NCBI GenBank assembly: GCA_024234215.1
Contig: JACKOQ010000001.1
Location: forward strand, 479,674-543,673
Direction: 5' to 3'
DNA length: 64,000 nucleotides
DNA from: Pseudomonadales bacterium
GTDB taxonomy: Bacteria > Pseudomonadota > Gammaproteobacteria > Pseudomonadales > UBA5862
The notes beneath the pieces were generated by a model. It worked only from the letters and a program-made list of their open reading frames with translations, was not told the DNA's origin and did no database searches. Both the position numbers and the translations under genes were made by a program. Below, in pieces: positions 45,315 through 56,927 of the stretch (positions within the stretch are counted from its first letter, which is position 1; each line of letters begins with the position of its first letter).

Positions 45315-45632
45315 TCAGGCCAGAATCTCCAGCATCAGGCAGCCATGCAGGAAGTGGCCGTTGGCGGTTCGCTCGACGCGGGCCACCTCGGCACGGGTCT
45401 GAATCGCCGTTTCGTCGAGCCGGCTGCCGTCGATGCTGGCAAAGGCGGCGGTAAAGTGGGTGCCGGTCGGCAGCGCCTCGTCCAGTTCCACCGACAGGCC
45501 GGCACCGCTCAAGTCGCGGCAGCGACCGCGCAGTGTGCGTGGCGGCTGGTCGATTTCGAGAGTGACCTCGCTGTTGAGCCGCATCCGGATGAAATCACGT
45601 TTCTCGGCCCAATTTCGTTCAACTGAAGGCAT
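45315..45632 (-). CDS. Single-domain PilZ (c-di-GMP binding) protein, 105 aa
   Basis: RDFIRMR (RxxxR) and DLSGAGL (DxSxxG) motifs. Start at MPSVERN (45632). The track ORF is over-extended upstream. Confidence 0.75.
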   Translation of the reverse strand: MPSVERNWAEKRDFIRMRLNSEVTLEIDQPPRTLRGRCRDLSGAGLSVELDEALPTGTHFTAAFASIDGSRLDETAIQTRAEVARVERTANGHFLHGCLMLEILA

Positions 45633-45909
45633 TGGCGGCACTCCTGGCAAAGGGATCAGGGCATGGCCTGCATGGACGGTACGGCAGGCCGGGCGGCCAC
45701 AGTGTATAACAGCTTGAAAGGGTTCACACTTTCCCCGTTCGTCGGTCGAGGGTCTCTTCTGTTGAACTGATTGCTTCCATCGGGTGCAGCGCCTGTTGGG
45801 ATGCAATTTGCTTGATATCGTGAAATGGGTGCAGACAGGGTAAGCTGCACGCCCTTTTGCTTCTGATTGACGCAGATTCCAGTAACGGACAACCCAGACG
45901 GAGCTCGGC

Positions 45910-47328
45910 GTGATTCGTAAAATCCTGATTGCCAACCGGGGCGAGATCGCGGTGCGCATTGCCCGCGCCTGCGCCGAGATGGGGATCAAGTCGGTGGCCA
46001 TTTACACCGATGCCGATCGCCATGCACTGCATGTCAAGAAGGCCGATGAAGCCTATTCGGTCGGCGCCGACCCGATGCAGGGCTATCTGAATGCCCACAC
46101 CATCGTCAATCTGGCGGTGGCCTCGGGCTGCGATGCGATCCATCCCGGCTATGGCTTTCTGTCCGAGAACCCGCTGCTGGCCGAGACCTGCCAGCGGCGC
46201 GGAATCCGCTTCATTGGCCCCTCGGCCGAGGTGATCCGGCGCATGGGCGACAAGGTCGAGGCACGCAAGGCGATGATCGCCGCCGGCCTGCCGGTGACAC
46301 CGGGCAGCGAGGGCAACCTCGCCGGCGTCGAGCAGGCGCGAACAATCGCCGCGCAGATCGGCTACCCGGTGATGCTGAAGGCGACCAACGGTGGCGGTGG
46401 CCGCGGCATTCGCCAGTGTGCCGACGATGCCGAACTGCTGCGCAACTATGAGCGGGTGGTCTCGGAGGCGAGCAAGGCGTTCGGCAAGCCGGAGGTCTTC
46501 GTCGAGAAGTGCATCGTCGCGCCGCGCCACATCGAGGTGCAGGTGCTGGCCGACGCCCATGGCAACGTGGTGCATCTGTTCGAGCGCGACTGCTCGATCC
46601 AGCGGCGCAACCAGAAGCTGATCGAGATCGCGCCGTCACCGCAGCTCTCGCCGCAGCAGCGGCAGCGGGTCTGCACGCTGGCGGTCGAGGCGGCGCGCGC
46701 GGTGGGTTACCAGAATGCCGGCACCGTGGAGTTCCTGCTCGATGCCCAGGGCGATTTCTACTTCATGGAGATGAACACCCGCCTGCAGGTCGAACACACC
46801 ATCACCGAGACCATCACCGGGCTCGACATCGTGCAGGAGCAGATTCGCATTGCCGCCGGCGAGCCGCTGTCGATGCAACAGGATGGCATCAGCTTTCGCG
46901 GCTTTGCCGCCGAGTTCCGCATCAATGCCGAGGATCCGCAGAACAGCTTTCTGCCGAGCTTCGGCCGGGTGAGCCGTTACTATGCGCCCGGCGGACCGGG
47001 GGTGCGCACCGATGCGGCGATCTACACCGGCTATGTGATTCCGCCCTACTACGACTCGATGTGCGTCAAGCTGACGGCCTGGGCGCTCGACTGGGAGGCG
47101 CTGATCGCCCGCTCGCGGCGGGCGCTCAACGACCTGAGCCTCTCCGGGGTCAAGACCACCATTCCCTACTACCTGCAAATTCTGCAACATCCGGCCTTTC
47201 GCGCCGGGCGTTTCGACACCACCTTCGTCGATTCGCACCCGGAGCTGCTCGCCTACAGTCTGCGTCGTCCGCACGAGAACATCGCCGCGGCGATCTCGGC
47301 GGTGATCGCCGCGCAAGCCGGCCTTTGA
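45910..47328 (+). CDS. pycA: Biotin carboxylase subunit (pyruvate carboxylase subunit A type)
   Basis: KILIANRGEIAVRIARAC, MLKATNGGGGRGIR, EMNTRLQVEHTITE. Directly followed by the carboxyltransferase/BCCP subunit. Confidence 0.85.
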   Translation: MIRKILIANRGEIAVRIARACAEMGIKSVAIYTDADRHALHVKKADEAYSVGADPMQGYLNAHTIVNLAVASGCDAIHPGYGFLSENPLLAETCQRRGIRFIGPSAEVIRRMGDKVEARKAMIAAGLPVTPGSEGNLAGVEQARTIAAQIGYPVMLKATNGGGGRGIRQCADDAELLRNYERVVSEASKAFGKPEVFVEKCIVAPRHIEVQVLADAHGNVVHLFERDCSIQRRNQKLIEIAPSPQLSPQQRQRVCTLAVEAARAVGYQNAGTVEFLLDAQGDFYFMEMNTRLQVEHTITETITGLDIVQEQIRIAAGEPLSMQQDGISFRGFAAEFRINAEDPQNSFLPSFGRVSRYYAPGGPGVRTDAAIYTGYVIPPYYDSMCVKLTAWALDWEALIARSRRALNDLSLSGVKTTIPYYLQILQHPAFRAGRFDTTFVDSHPELLAYSLRRPHENIAAAISAVIAAQAGL

Positions 47329-47341
47329 TCAAGGAGTCGCC

Positions 47342-49150
47342 ATGTCAAGAGTGCAAATCACCGATGTCGTGCTGCGCGACGGCCATCAGAGCCTCATTGC
47401 CACCCGGCTGCGCACCGAGGACATGTTGCCGGTCTGCGCGGCGCTCGACCGGATCGGCTTCTGGTCGCTCGAAGTGTGGGGCGGTGCCACCTTCGACAGC
47501 TGCCTGCGCTTTTTGAAGGAAGATCCGTGGGAGCGGCTGCGCAAGCTGCGCCGGGCACTGCCCAACAGCCGGTTGCAGATGTTGCTGCGCGGACAGAATC
47601 TGGTCGGCTACCGCCACTACTCCGACAGCGTGGTGCGCGCCTTCGTGCAGAAATCGGCCGACAATGGCATCGATGTCTTTCGCATCTTCGATGCGCTCAA
47701 TGACCTGCGCAATCTGCGGGTGGCGATCGAGGCGGTCAACGCCGCCGGCAAACATGCACAGGGGGCGATCAGCTACACGGTCAGCCCGGTCCACTCGATC
47801 GAACAGTTCGTCACCATGGCCCGCGAGCTGGAGGCGATGGGCTGCCACTCGATCGCCATCAAGGACATGGCCGGCATCATGACGCCGCAGGCGGCCACCC
47901 AACTGGTCGGTGCGCTGGTCAAGGCGGTCGGTGTGCCGATTCAGGTGCACTCCCACGCCACGGCGGGTCTGGCCAGCATGAGTCAGCTGAAGGCGGTGGA
48001 GGCGGGCGCGACCCTTCTCGACACCTGCATCTCCGCCTTCGCCGAGGGGCCGAGCCACCCGACCACCGAGAGCATCGTTGCCGCACTGCAGGGCACCGCG
48101 TTCGACACCGGGCTCGATCTGGCAAAGCTGGAGGAGGTGGCCGAGTACTTCCGCCTGGTGCGCAAGAAGTACTGGCAGTTCGAGGCCGGCGTCAGTGGTG
48201 TCGATCCACGCGTGCTGCTGCATCAGGTGCCCGGCGGCATGATCTCCAACCTGATCAATCAGTTGAAGGAGCAGGGCGCCTTGGAGCGGCTCGACGAGGT
48301 GCTGGCGGAGATTCCGCGGGTGCGCGCCGATCTTGGCTATCCGCCGCTGGTTACCCCCACCTCGCAGATCGTCGGCACCCAGGCGGTGATCAATGTGATG
48401 ACGGGCAAGCGTTACCAGTCGGTCACCAAGGAGGTGAAGCAGTATCTGCTCGGCCACTATGGTGCTGCGCCGGGCGTGGTCGATGACCAGGTGCGCCGAA
48501 GCGCGGTGGGTGACGAGGTGCCGGTCAGTTGCCGACCGGCCGACCTGCTGCCCGATGAGTTCGACCGGCTGCGCAGCGAGAGCGAAGCCTTCGCCGCCAG
48601 CGAGGAGGATCTGCTCACCTACGCGATGTATCCGGAGCTGGCCGAGAACTTCCTGCGCGAACGCGCCGCCGGCACGCTGACCCCCGAGCCGCTGCTGCCG
48701 CCGGGCTCTGCCGCGTCGGGAGTCGCGCGCACTGCGCCGACCGACTTCAACGTGACCGTGCATGGCGAGACCTACAATGTCCGGGTCACCGGCAGCGGCC
48801 ATCCCGGCAGCGGATTGCGTCCCTACTATGTCTACATCGACGGCATGCCGGAAGAGGTGATGGTCGAGACCCTCGGTGAAACCGGGCTGTCGACGGCAGC
48901 GACCGGCACGCTGCGGCCCCGTCCGGCCCATGCCGGTCACCTGACCACGCCGATGCCGGGGGTGATCGTCGCGGTCAACTGCCAGCCGGGCGATCAGGTC
49001 AAGGCCGGTGATCCGCTGCTGGTGGTGGAGGCGATGAAGATGGAGAACGAGATCCAGGCCTCGGTCACCGGCACCGTCATCGCGGTCCATGTGCACAAGG
49101 GCGACAGCGTCCACCCCGATGAGTCGCTGCTGGAGATTCAGCCAGCCTGA
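47342..49150 (+). CDS. pycB: Pyruvate carboxylase subunit B (carboxyltransferase plus biotinyl domain; OadA-like)
   Basis: ITDVVLRDGHQSL (HMGL-like domain), with a C-terminal biotinylation motif VVEAMKMENEI. Confidence 0.85.
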   Translation: MSRVQITDVVLRDGHQSLIATRLRTEDMLPVCAALDRIGFWSLEVWGGATFDSCLRFLKEDPWERLRKLRRALPNSRLQMLLRGQNLVGYRHYSDSVVRAFVQKSADNGIDVFRIFDALNDLRNLRVAIEAVNAAGKHAQGAISYTVSPVHSIEQFVTMARELEAMGCHSIAIKDMAGIMTPQAATQLVGALVKAVGVPIQVHSHATAGLASMSQLKAVEAGATLLDTCISAFAEGPSHPTTESIVAALQGTAFDTGLDLAKLEEVAEYFRLVRKKYWQFEAGVSGVDPRVLLHQVPGGMISNLINQLKEQGALERLDEVLAEIPRVRADLGYPPLVTPTSQIVGTQAVINVMTGKRYQSVTKEVKQYLLGHYGAAPGVVDDQVRRSAVGDEVPVSCRPADLLPDEFDRLRSESEAFAASEEDLLTYAMYPELAENFLRERAAGTLTPEPLLPPGSAASGVARTAPTDFNVTVHGETYNVRVTGSGHPGSGLRPYYVYIDGMPEEVMVETLGETGLSTAATGTLRPRPAHAGHLTTPMPGVIVAVNCQPGDQVKAGDPLLVVEAMKMENEIQASVTGTVIAVHVHKGDSVHPDESLLEIQPA

Positions 49151-49154
49151 TCCG

Positions 49155-50534
49155 ATGAGCGGCGTGAGCCCGCAGCCCGCACAGGAGCGTGAACTGGCCA
49201 CGGTCGCGGCTGCGGAGAGCTCCATTCCGTTCGGGCAGGCCGTGCGCTTCTGGCTCAAGCTCGGTTTCATCAGCTTCGGCGGCCCGGCAGGACAGATTGC
49301 GATCATGCATCAGGAGCTGGTCGGGCAGCGGCGCTGGATCAGCGAGCAGCGTTTTCTGCACGCGCTCAACTACTGCATGCTGCTGCCGGGCCCCGAAGCA
49401 CAGCAACTGGCCACCTACATCGGCTGGCTGATGCACCGCACGCTGGGCGGCATCGTCGCCGGCACCCTGTTCGTGTTGCCGTCGCTGCTGATTCTGATCG
49501 CGCTGTCATGGCTCTATGTCAGCTTTGGCGAACTGCCTTGGGTGGCGGCACTCTTTTATGGTGTCAAGGCCGCGGTCACCGCAATCATACTGCAGGCGGC
49601 CCACCGCCTCGGCAACCGCACGCTGCACAGTCCATTGCTGTGGGCGATTGCCGGGAGCGCCTTTGTGGCAATCGCCGTTTTCGAGCTGCCTTTTCCGGCC
49701 ATCGTCGCCGCAGCGGCGCTGATCGGCCATCTGGCGGATCGTGTCACGCCTGGCCAGTTCGCTGCCGGCAATCTGCCGAGCCACTCCGCAGGCAGCTCCG
49801 GCGCGGCGCTGATCGACGATGACACCCCGCCGCCGCCACATGCACGATTTCGCTGGCAGCGGTTTGTGCGGAGCATGGTGATCGGACTGCTGCTGTGGGG
49901 TGCGTCGATCGGCCTGCTGACCCTGCGGTTCGGCTGGCAACACACCCTGACCCAGATGGGCTGGTTCTTCACCAAGGCGGCCCTGCTCACCTTCGGCGGT
50001 GCCTATGCGGTGCTGCCCTATGTCCATCAGGGGGCGGTGGAGCAGTTTGGCTGGCTGACCCAGACGCAGATGATGAGCGGTCTGGCTTTGGGTGAGACGA
50101 CACCGGGACCCCTGATCATGGTGGTGGCCTTCGTCGGTTTCGTCGGCGGCCACGGCAAGGCGCTGTTCGGACCGGATGCGCTGTTTCTGGCGGGCGCAGC
50201 GGCGGCAACCCTGGTCACCTGGTTCACCTTTTTGCCCTCTTTCCTGTTCATTCTGGCCGGGGGCCCGCTGGTGGAGTCTACCCGTGGCAAGCTCGGCTAC
50301 ACCGCTGCGCTGACCGCCATCACTGCGGCCGTGGTCGGTGTCATCCTCGATCTGGTGCTCTTTTTTGCCCGCGCCACCCTCTGGCCGCACGGCTTTTCCG
50401 GTTCCTTCGATTGGCTGTCGGCACTGATCACGCTTGGTGCGGCGATTGCGCTGCTGCATTACCGGCGCACGACGATCGAGGTGATCGCGGGCTGTGCCCT
50501 GGCTGGACTGCTCGGCCAAGTGCTGCCGGTCTGA
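49155..50534 (+). CDS. chrA: Chromate ion transporter ChrA (two fused CHR domains)
   Basis: FWLKLGFISFGGPAGQIAIMH...LNYCMLLPGPEAQQLATYIGW. The motif is repeated in the second half: FTKAALLTFGGAYAVLPY...GETTPGPLIMV. Confidence 0.88.
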   Translation: MSGVSPQPAQERELATVAAAESSIPFGQAVRFWLKLGFISFGGPAGQIAIMHQELVGQRRWISEQRFLHALNYCMLLPGPEAQQLATYIGWLMHRTLGGIVAGTLFVLPSLLILIALSWLYVSFGELPWVAALFYGVKAAVTAIILQAAHRLGNRTLHSPLLWAIAGSAFVAIAVFELPFPAIVAAAALIGHLADRVTPGQFAAGNLPSHSAGSSGAALIDDDTPPPPHARFRWQRFVRSMVIGLLLWGASIGLLTLRFGWQHTLTQMGWFFTKAALLTFGGAYAVLPYVHQGAVEQFGWLTQTQMMSGLALGETTPGPLIMVVAFVGFVGGHGKALFGPDALFLAGAAAATLVTWFTFLPSFLFILAGGPLVESTRGKLGYTAALTAITAAVVGVILDLVLFFARATLWPHGFSGSFDWLSALITLGAAIALLHYRRTTIEVIAGCALAGLLGQVLPV

Positions 50535-50592
50535 GCAGCCGATGATCTGCAGGGCGAAGGCTTCGAGTGAATAACGTGGCGATGCCTGCGTT

Positions 50593-51486
50593 TCAGTGAC
50601 CGAGCTGTTCGAGCAGTTGCCGGGTCAGCGCGGCGACCTCGGCGGGACGCTCCTGCATGAAGTTGTGGCCGCCCTCGATCTCGATCGCGCTGATGACCGG
50701 GTTCAGGCTGGCGGCCTTCTGGCAGTTCTGCGGAATCGGCGAGCGTGGATCGTTGCCATGCAGCAGAAAGGTCGGCACGCGCAGCGCCTGCAGGTGCTCC
50801 CAGATGGTCACCAGCGGGTCGGCCAGCACCTGGGCTTCGGTGACCGGGTCGCAGCGCAGTGTCAGGCTGCCATCCGGCTCCGGTTGCAGGTTGTGGTCGA
50901 TGAAGCTGTCGAGGGCCTGTTGGGTCCAGTCGGCGAAGGCCGGTTTGTCGCGCAGGAAGTCCCGTGCCTGCTCGGCGTTCTGCCACTGCCGGCGCCGGCG
51001 CAGTGTCTTCTGCACCGCCGGATTGCGCTCGAACGGCAGCACGTTGGTCAGTTGTGCCTGGGGCATGATCATCGGGTCGAGCAGAATCAGCGCATCGAAC
51101 AGCTTGGGCTGCTCGGCCGCCAGAATCAGCGTCAGACCGGCGCCATAGCTGTGGCCGCCGCCAATCAGCGGGGTGCCCGGTTGACGCCAGCCGCGCGCGG
51201 CGATCACCTCGGCCAGCCGATCGACATTGCGGCGCCAGCCGGCATAGTGCTGGCCACGGTCGCTGGCGCCATGGCCTTCCAGATCGTGCAGGCAGAGCTG
51301 ACAGTCGGGCAGCAGTTCACGCAGATAGGGCCAGTAGAGGTGGCCGCAGAAGGCGACGCCATGCAGAAAGTGCAGGATTGGCCGTTCTGGCCGTTGCAGC
51401 CACTCGTTGCCGCGCAGTGTCAGGCTCTCTTCTTCAAAAAGGTGGGTGAAGGGCGTGCCTTCGGCCAGTTGCGGGCAGTCTCTCAT
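50593..51486 (-). CDS. Alpha/beta hydrolase
   Basis: ILHFLHGVAF and the nucleophile elbow GGGHSYGAG. Start chosen at MRDCPQ (51486). Confidence 0.75.
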   Translation of the reverse strand: MRDCPQLAEGTPFTHLFEEESLTLRGNEWLQRPERPILHFLHGVAFCGHLYWPYLRELLPDCQLCLHDLEGHGASDRGQHYAGWRRNVDRLAEVIAARGWRQPGTPLIGGGHSYGAGLTLILAAEQPKLFDALILLDPMIMPQAQLTNVLPFERNPAVQKTLRRRRQWQNAEQARDFLRDKPAFADWTQQALDSFIDHNLQPEPDGSLTLRCDPVTEAQVLADPLVTIWEHLQALRVPTFLLHGNDPRSPIPQNCQKAASLNPVISAIEIEGGHNFMQERPAEVAALTRQLLEQLGH

Positions 51487-51570
51487 CGTCGGCTCCTGAT
51501 CGGGTTGACATCTCATGGACGGCGGCCGTGTACCGCTGCGATGCAGATGGTAACGGATCGATGCGATTGT

Positions 51571-53337
51571 CTAGAACAGCGGCAGCGGGCTGGCTGCGCC
51601 GTTTCGGATCGAAGCGGCCAGCCCGAGGCTCTGCGGCAGCAGTCGGGCGAAGAAGAAGCGGGCGGTGGCGACCTTGCCCTGATGGAATGGCGTCGACTGG
51701 CGCAGGGCCGCGCGGGCCGTCAGCGTCCAGACGAAGGCATAGGCGGTCAGCCCGACCAGCTTCAGGTAGTCGCTGGCCACCGCGCCCGGCAGTTCGGCAT
51801 CGCGCGGTGCCGCCCCGATCAGCCAGTCGCTGGTCTCGCGCAGCCGCGCCAGCGCCGCCGCCAGCGGCTGGGTGAACTCCGCCAGTGACGGGTTGTCCCG
51901 TTCAGCGGCCAGGCAGTGGTCGATCTCGCCATAAAAGTGCCGCAGCATCGCGCCGCCATCGCGCAGCACCTTGCGCTCCAGCAGGTCCATCGCCTGGATG
52001 CCGTTGGTCCCCTCGTAGATCTGGGCGATGCGTGCATCGCGCAGCCGCTGCTCGATGCCGGTGGCGGTCATGTAGCCCAGTCCACCGAACAGCTGCTGGG
52101 CGCGCACACAGTTCTCGAAGCCCTGATCGGTCATGAAGGCCTTGGCCACCGGAGTCAGGAGTGCGACCAGCGCAGCGGCCTGTTCGCGCTGCTGCGCATC
52201 GGGGTGAAAGCGGGCCAGATCGAGTTGCAGCGCGACATAGCAGGCGAAGGCGCGCCCCCCTTCGTTCAGCGCCCTCTGCGTCAGCAGCGAATGGCGCACG
52301 TCACCATGCAGCACGATCGGATCGGCCGGCAGTTCGTTCCGTTGCAGCGAGGTGGTGGCGGCACGCCCCTGCTGCCGCTCCCGCGCATGGACCAGCGCGG
52401 CCTGATAGGCCGCCTCGCCAAGGCCGAGCCCCTGCAGCGCGATCGACAGCCGCTCGTAGTTCATCATCGTGAACATCGCCGCCAGCCCCTGATGCGGGGC
52501 GCCGACCAGCTCACCCATGGCTCCTTCGTAATCGATGGTGCAGGTGGCCGAGGCGCGGATGCCCATCTTCTGCTCGATGCCCCGGCAGAAGATCCGGTTG
52601 CGCGGGCCGGTACCACCGCTGGCCGCAGGCAGGAACTTCGGCACCAGAAACAGCGACAGACCGCGGCTGCCGGCCGGTGCATCGGGCAGGCGGGCCAGCA
52701 CCAGATGGAGGATGTCGTCGCTGAGGTCGTGCTCGCCGCCGGTGATGAAGATCTTGCTGCCAGTGATGAGGTACTGGCCGTTGTCATCCGGCTCGGCCCG
52801 GCTGCGGATCAGCCCCAGGTCGCTGCCGGCCTGCGGTTCGGTCAGGCACATCGCACCACTGCAACGGCCCGCATAGAGCGCCGGCAGGTAACGCTCGCGC
52901 TGTGCCGCAGTGCCATGACTGGCGAGGGTGAGGGCGGCACCGCTGGTGAGCACCGCATAGAGGGCAAAGCTGCTGTTGGCGGCGAACAGCCGTTCTTCGA
53001 ACAGCACGGTCACCAGCTTGGGCAGGCCCTGTCCGCCATGCTCCGGCTCGCCGCCCAATCCCATCCAGCCGGCTTCGGCACAGCTGCGCCAGGCCTCGGC
53101 AAAGCCCGCCGGCGTCAGCACTGCGCCATCGACCCAGCGGCAGCCCTGTTCATCGCCCCGGCGGTCGAGTGGCGCCAGCAGCTGATCGCAGAGCCGGCCG
53201 CCTTCGTCGAGAATCTGCTCCACCAGTTCGGCGTCGAGGTCCCGGGTGGCCGGCATCTGCGGCCAGAGCCGGCCGACCTCGAACAGCTCGTGAAGCAGAA
53301 AGCGGGTCTCTTGGTGCAGGCTCAGCGGGTTCTGCAT
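51571..53337 (-). CDS. Long acyl-CoA dehydrogenase (with C-terminal extension domain)
   Basis: 588 aa. [12 protein letters not shown]...[14 protein letters not shown]...[13 protein letters not shown]. Confidence 0.85.
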   Translation of the reverse strand: MQNPLSLHQETRFLLHELFEVGRLWPQMPATRDLDAELVEQILDEGGRLCDQLLAPLDRRGDEQGCRWVDGAVLTPAGFAEAWRSCAEAGWMGLGGEPEHGGQGLPKLVTVLFEERLFAANSSFALYAVLTSGAALTLASHGTAAQRERYLPALYAGRCSGAMCLTEPQAGSDLGLIRSRAEPDDNGQYLITGSKIFITGGEHDLSDDILHLVLARLPDAPAGSRGLSLFLVPKFLPAASGGTGPRNRIFCRGIEQKMGIRASATCTIDYEGAMGELVGAPHQGLAAMFTMMNYERLSIALQGLGLGEAAYQAALVHARERQQGRAATTSLQRNELPADPIVLHGDVRHSLLTQRALNEGGRAFACYVALQLDLARFHPDAQQREQAAALVALLTPVAKAFMTDQGFENCVRAQQLFGGLGYMTATGIEQRLRDARIAQIYEGTNGIQAMDLLERKVLRDGGAMLRHFYGEIDHCLAAERDNPSLAEFTQPLAAALARLRETSDWLIGAAPRDAELPGAVASDYLKLVGLTAYAFVWTLTARAALRQSTPFHQGKVATARFFFARLLPQSLGLAASIRNGAASPLPLF

Positions 53338-53448
53338 GGCGACTCTCGACGGTGGCAGGCTGGGGTGAGGCAGCCCAGTGTGCCGCAAAGTGCGTCGAAG
53401 CTGTAGCGCGGCAGGCCGATCGGTTCCGATCGGCCTGCCGGGGCGGCG

Positions 53449-54777
53449 TCAGAGGATGTAGCGGCTCAGATCTTCGTTGCGCGCCAGTTCGCCCAGATGG
53501 CGCTCGACATAGGCGGCATCCACCACGATCGGCTTGGCCTCGCCGGTGCCGGCATCGAACGAGATCTCTTCCAGAAGCCGTTCCAGCACCGTGTGCAGCC
53601 GGCGGGCGCCGATGTTCTCGGTGCGCTCGTTCACCTCCCAGGCGGTGCGGGCGAGGGTGGTGATCGCCTCGGGGGTGAAGCTGAGTTCGACCCCTTCGGT
53701 CGCCAGCAGCGCGCTGTACTGCCTGATCAGCGAGGCGCTCGGTTCGGTCAGGATGCGCTCGAAATCCTCGGTGGTCAGCGCCTGCAGCTCGACGCGGATC
53801 GGCAGGCGCCCCTGCAGCTCCGGAATCAGGTCGGAGGGTTTGGCCAGATGGAAGGCGCCGGAGGCGATGAACAGAATGTGGTCGGTGCGCACCATGCCGT
53901 ACTTGGTGCTGACGGTGCAGCCCTCGATCAGCGGCAACAGGTCGCGCTGCACCCCTTCGCGGGAGACATCGGCCCCCACCGTTTCGCCACGCTTGCAGAC
54001 CTTGTCGAGTTCATCGATGAAGACGATGCCATTCTGCTCGACCGCCTCGACTGCCCGCGCCTTCACCTCCTCCTCGTCGATCAGCCGGCTCGCCTCCTCT
54101 TCGCGCAACTGCTTGCGGGCCACCGCCACCTTGATGCGCCGCTTGCGCTTCTGGCCGCTGGCGAGGTTGGAGAAGAGCCCCTGCAACTGGCTGGTCATCT
54201 CCTCCATGCCCGGCGGCGCCATGATCTCGACGCCGACGGCGCGGTTCGACAGCTCGATCTCGATCTCCTTCTCGTCGAAATCGCCATTGCGCAGCTTCTT
54301 GCGGAAGGTCTGCCGGGTCGAGGACTCCACCGTCTCGCGCGGCTCGAAACTCTCGTGGCGTGGTGGCGGCAGCAGAGCGTCCAGAATCCGTTCCTCGGCG
54401 GCCAGTTCGGCCTGCTCGCCGACCCGCTGCAGCCGCTCCTCGCGCAGTTGCTTGATGGAGATCTCCACCAGGTCGCGCACGATCGACTCGACATCGCGGC
54501 CGACATAACCCACTTCGGTGAACTTGGTCGCCTCGATCTTGATGAAGGGCGCGTTGGCCAGCCGGGCCAGCCGGCGGGCGATCTCGGTCTTGCCGACCCC
54601 GGTGGGGCCGATCATCAGAATGTTCTTCGGGGTCACTTCGGCGCGCAGCGTCTCATCGAGCTGCATGCGTCGCCAGCGGTTGCGCAGCGCCACCGCCACG
54701 GCACGCTTGGCCTCGGCCTGGCCGATGATGTGCTGGTCGAGTTCCTGGACGATCTGTAACGGGGTCAGAGTGGGCAT
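53449..54777 (-). CDS. hslU: ATP-dependent protease ATPase subunit HslU
   Basis: [33 protein letters not shown]...[16 protein letters not shown]. Start at MPTLTP (54777). Confidence 0.95.
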   Translation of the reverse strand: MPTLTPLQIVQELDQHIIGQAEAKRAVAVALRNRWRRMQLDETLRAEVTPKNILMIGPTGVGKTEIARRLARLANAPFIKIEATKFTEVGYVGRDVESIVRDLVEISIKQLREERLQRVGEQAELAAEERILDALLPPPRHESFEPRETVESSTRQTFRKKLRNGDFDEKEIEIELSNRAVGVEIMAPPGMEEMTSQLQGLFSNLASGQKRKRRIKVAVARKQLREEEASRLIDEEEVKARAVEAVEQNGIVFIDELDKVCKRGETVGADVSREGVQRDLLPLIEGCTVSTKYGMVRTDHILFIASGAFHLAKPSDLIPELQGRLPIRVELQALTTEDFERILTEPSASLIRQYSALLATEGVELSFTPEAITTLARTAWEVNERTENIGARRLHTVLERLLEEISFDAGTGEAKPIVVDAAYVERHLGELARNEDLSRYIL

Positions 54778-54787
54778 GGGGTCTGGC

Positions 54788-55330
54788 TCAGCGGCTCTCC
54801 AGCTCTTCGATCGTGAGCTGATGGTTGGTGTAGATGCAGATGTCGGCGGCAATGTGCAGCGCCTTCTCGGCGATGTCGCGCGCCGACAGCTCGCTGTGTT
54901 CGAGCAACGCCCGCGCCGCCGACTGTGCGTAGGGGCCGCCCGAGCCGATGGCGATCAGCGCGTTCTCGGGCTCCACCACATCGCCGTTGCCGGTGATGAT
55001 CAGCGAGTGGGTGTGGTCGGCCACCGCCAGCAGCGCCTCGAGCCGGCGCAGGGCGCGGTCACTGCGCCAATCCTTGGCCAGCTCGACGGCGGCGCGCTGC
55101 AGGTGGCCCTGGTACTTCTCCAGCTTGGCCTCGAACCGCTCGAACAGCGTGAAGGCATCGGCGGTTCCGCCGGCAAAACCGGCCAGTACCCGATCCTGAT
55201 AGAGCCGGCGCACCTTGCGCGCGTTGCCCTTGAGCACCGTGTTGCCCAGGGTGACCTGCCCGTCACCGCCGATCACCACCCGGCCGGCGCGCCGGACCGA
55301 GATGATCGTCGTGCCATGAAACTGTTCCAA
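54788..55330 (-). CDS. hslV: ATP-dependent protease subunit HslV
   Basis: [43 protein letters not shown]. The catalytic Thr is preceded by a 5-residue leader, as in the Bacillus CodW type. Confidence 0.93.
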   Translation of the reverse strand: MEQFHGTTIISVRRAGRVVIGGDGQVTLGNTVLKGNARKVRRLYQDRVLAGFAGGTADAFTLFERFEAKLEKYQGHLQRAAVELAKDWRSDRALRRLEALLAVADHTHSLIITGNGDVVEPENALIAIGSGGPYAQSAARALLEHSELSARDIAEKALHIAADICIYTNHQLTIEELESR

Positions 55331-55479
55331 GCGTGGCTCCTCATGCGTGCCAAAAGTCAGAAGTGGCGTGATGAGGGCATCCGCCGGCTTTTCAAGTCGG
55401 GCTCCGGCAATTCAGTGCCGGGGCGGGGAGAGGCCGGATCGATTGGCGCGAGATGCCGACCGATCCGGTCGTGCGCGGC

Positions 55480-55941
55480 CTACTGGTTGACCCAGGTGCC
55501 ATTGGCATCGCGACAGGCGGTGCCATGCACCTGTTCCGGCCGCCCATTGATCTGGGCCTCCATCACGTAGTCGCGGCAGGGTCCGCCGCTCGACTCGTAG
55601 GTGCGGGTCGGGGTGACGCGGTAGCTGTTGCCGCTGTCAGGGTTGCGCCAGCTCGATGCACTGCCGGTGCGGCTGTTCTCCAGCGCCTGGGTGGTGCGCA
55701 GCCGGTCGGTGTCATCCATCGACTTGCCGACCGCACCGCCGATCATGGCACCGGCCAGCGAGCCGGCAATGATGGCCGCGGTACGTCCATCGCCGCCGCC
55801 CACCTGCGAACCCAGCACCCCTCCCAGCACGCCACCGATCACCGTGCCCGCCTGTTGCTGCTGCCCCTGCTGGCTGGCGCAACCGCCGAGGCCAAGGGTG
55901 GTGGTCAGGGCCATGATCATCGTCATCTTGCCTTTGTGCAT
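55480..55941 (-). CDS. Glycine-zipper lipoprotein (17-kDa surface antigen family)
   Basis: Lipobox LGLGGC and glycine zipper GGVLGGVLGSQVGGG...IIAGSLAGAMIGGAVG. The C-terminal region has two Cys residues. Confidence 0.75.
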   Translation of the reverse strand: MHKGKMTMIMALTTTLGLGGCASQQGQQQQAGTVIGGVLGGVLGSQVGGGDGRTAAIIAGSLAGAMIGGAVGKSMDDTDRLRTTQALENSRTGSASSWRNPDSGNSYRVTPTRTYESSGGPCRDYVMEAQINGRPEQVHGTACRDANGTWVNQ

Positions 55942-56105
55942 TGCTGCTCTCTTGTTCCGGGTTGATTGATCGTCGGGATCGTCGATCCCGCCCGGTTTGA
56001 CCCGTGGGTGGCCGATTTGTTTTGATTCCGGGTCAAAAGCGCTGCGGGACAGCGTGTGGATTTTCTGCTCCCGCACCTTCCGGCAACCACACAGGAGCCC
56101 CGCCC

Positions 56106-56783
56106 ATGCATGAGACCATCGAGCTGACCGCCAGTGATGGCCACCGCTTTGCCCTTTATCAGGTGCTGCCGAGCGGCGCGGCCAAAGGCAGCGTGCTGGT
56201 GATCCAGGAGATATTCGGCGTCAATGCCCACATCCGTGAGCTGTGCCACCGCTATGCGACGGCGGGGTACCGGGCCGCGGCACCGGCGCTCTATGACCGG
56301 GTGCAGCGGGGCGTCGAGCTGAACTACGACGCCGCCGGCATCGAAGCCGGCCGCGCCATCGTGGCGCAGATTCCGCAACAGAAGACGCTGGACGATCTGG
56401 CCACTGCGGTGGCGGCACTGCGTTCGACCGGCCGGGTCGGCGTGGTCGGCTACTGCTATGGCGGCGCCATGGCCTGGCTGGCCGCCTGCAAGATCGACGG
56501 CGTGGCGGCGGCCTCCTGCTACTACGGCGGCCTGATTCACCAATATCGCCAGTTGCAGCCACACTGTCCGGTGCAGCTCCACTTTGGCGAACTGGACGCG
56601 ATGATTCCGCTGACCAAGGTCGACGAGATCGCCGCCGCCCACCCCGAACTGCCGGTGTACCGCTATCCGGCCGACCATGGATTCGGCTGCGACCACCGCG
56701 CCAGCTACCACGCCCCTTCGGCAGAACTGGCTGAACAGCGCACGCTGCAACTCTTTGCCGAGGCGCTGGTACAGGGAACATGA
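56106..56783 (+). CDS. Dienelactone hydrolase family protein
   Basis: VLVIQEIFGVNAHIRE and the nucleophile GVVGYCYGG. Start at MHETIE (56106). Confidence 0.82.
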   Translation: MHETIELTASDGHRFALYQVLPSGAAKGSVLVIQEIFGVNAHIRELCHRYATAGYRAAAPALYDRVQRGVELNYDAAGIEAGRAIVAQIPQQKTLDDLATAVAALRSTGRVGVVGYCYGGAMAWLAACKIDGVAAASCYYGGLIHQYRQLQPHCPVQLHFGELDAMIPLTKVDEIAAAHPELPVYRYPADHGFGCDHRASYHAPSAELAEQRTLQLFAEALVQGT

Positions 56784-56927
56784 TCACGCAGTCCTTGGAG
56801 AACCCATTGCCCACAAACTCAAGATGGCGATGCGGAGCTGCATCGACAGAGTGATGCCATGTTTGTCGTGGCGCACAGCCTCATGCCACACTGCAATGGC
56901 CGTCGAGTTCGCAACCGGAGAACGACC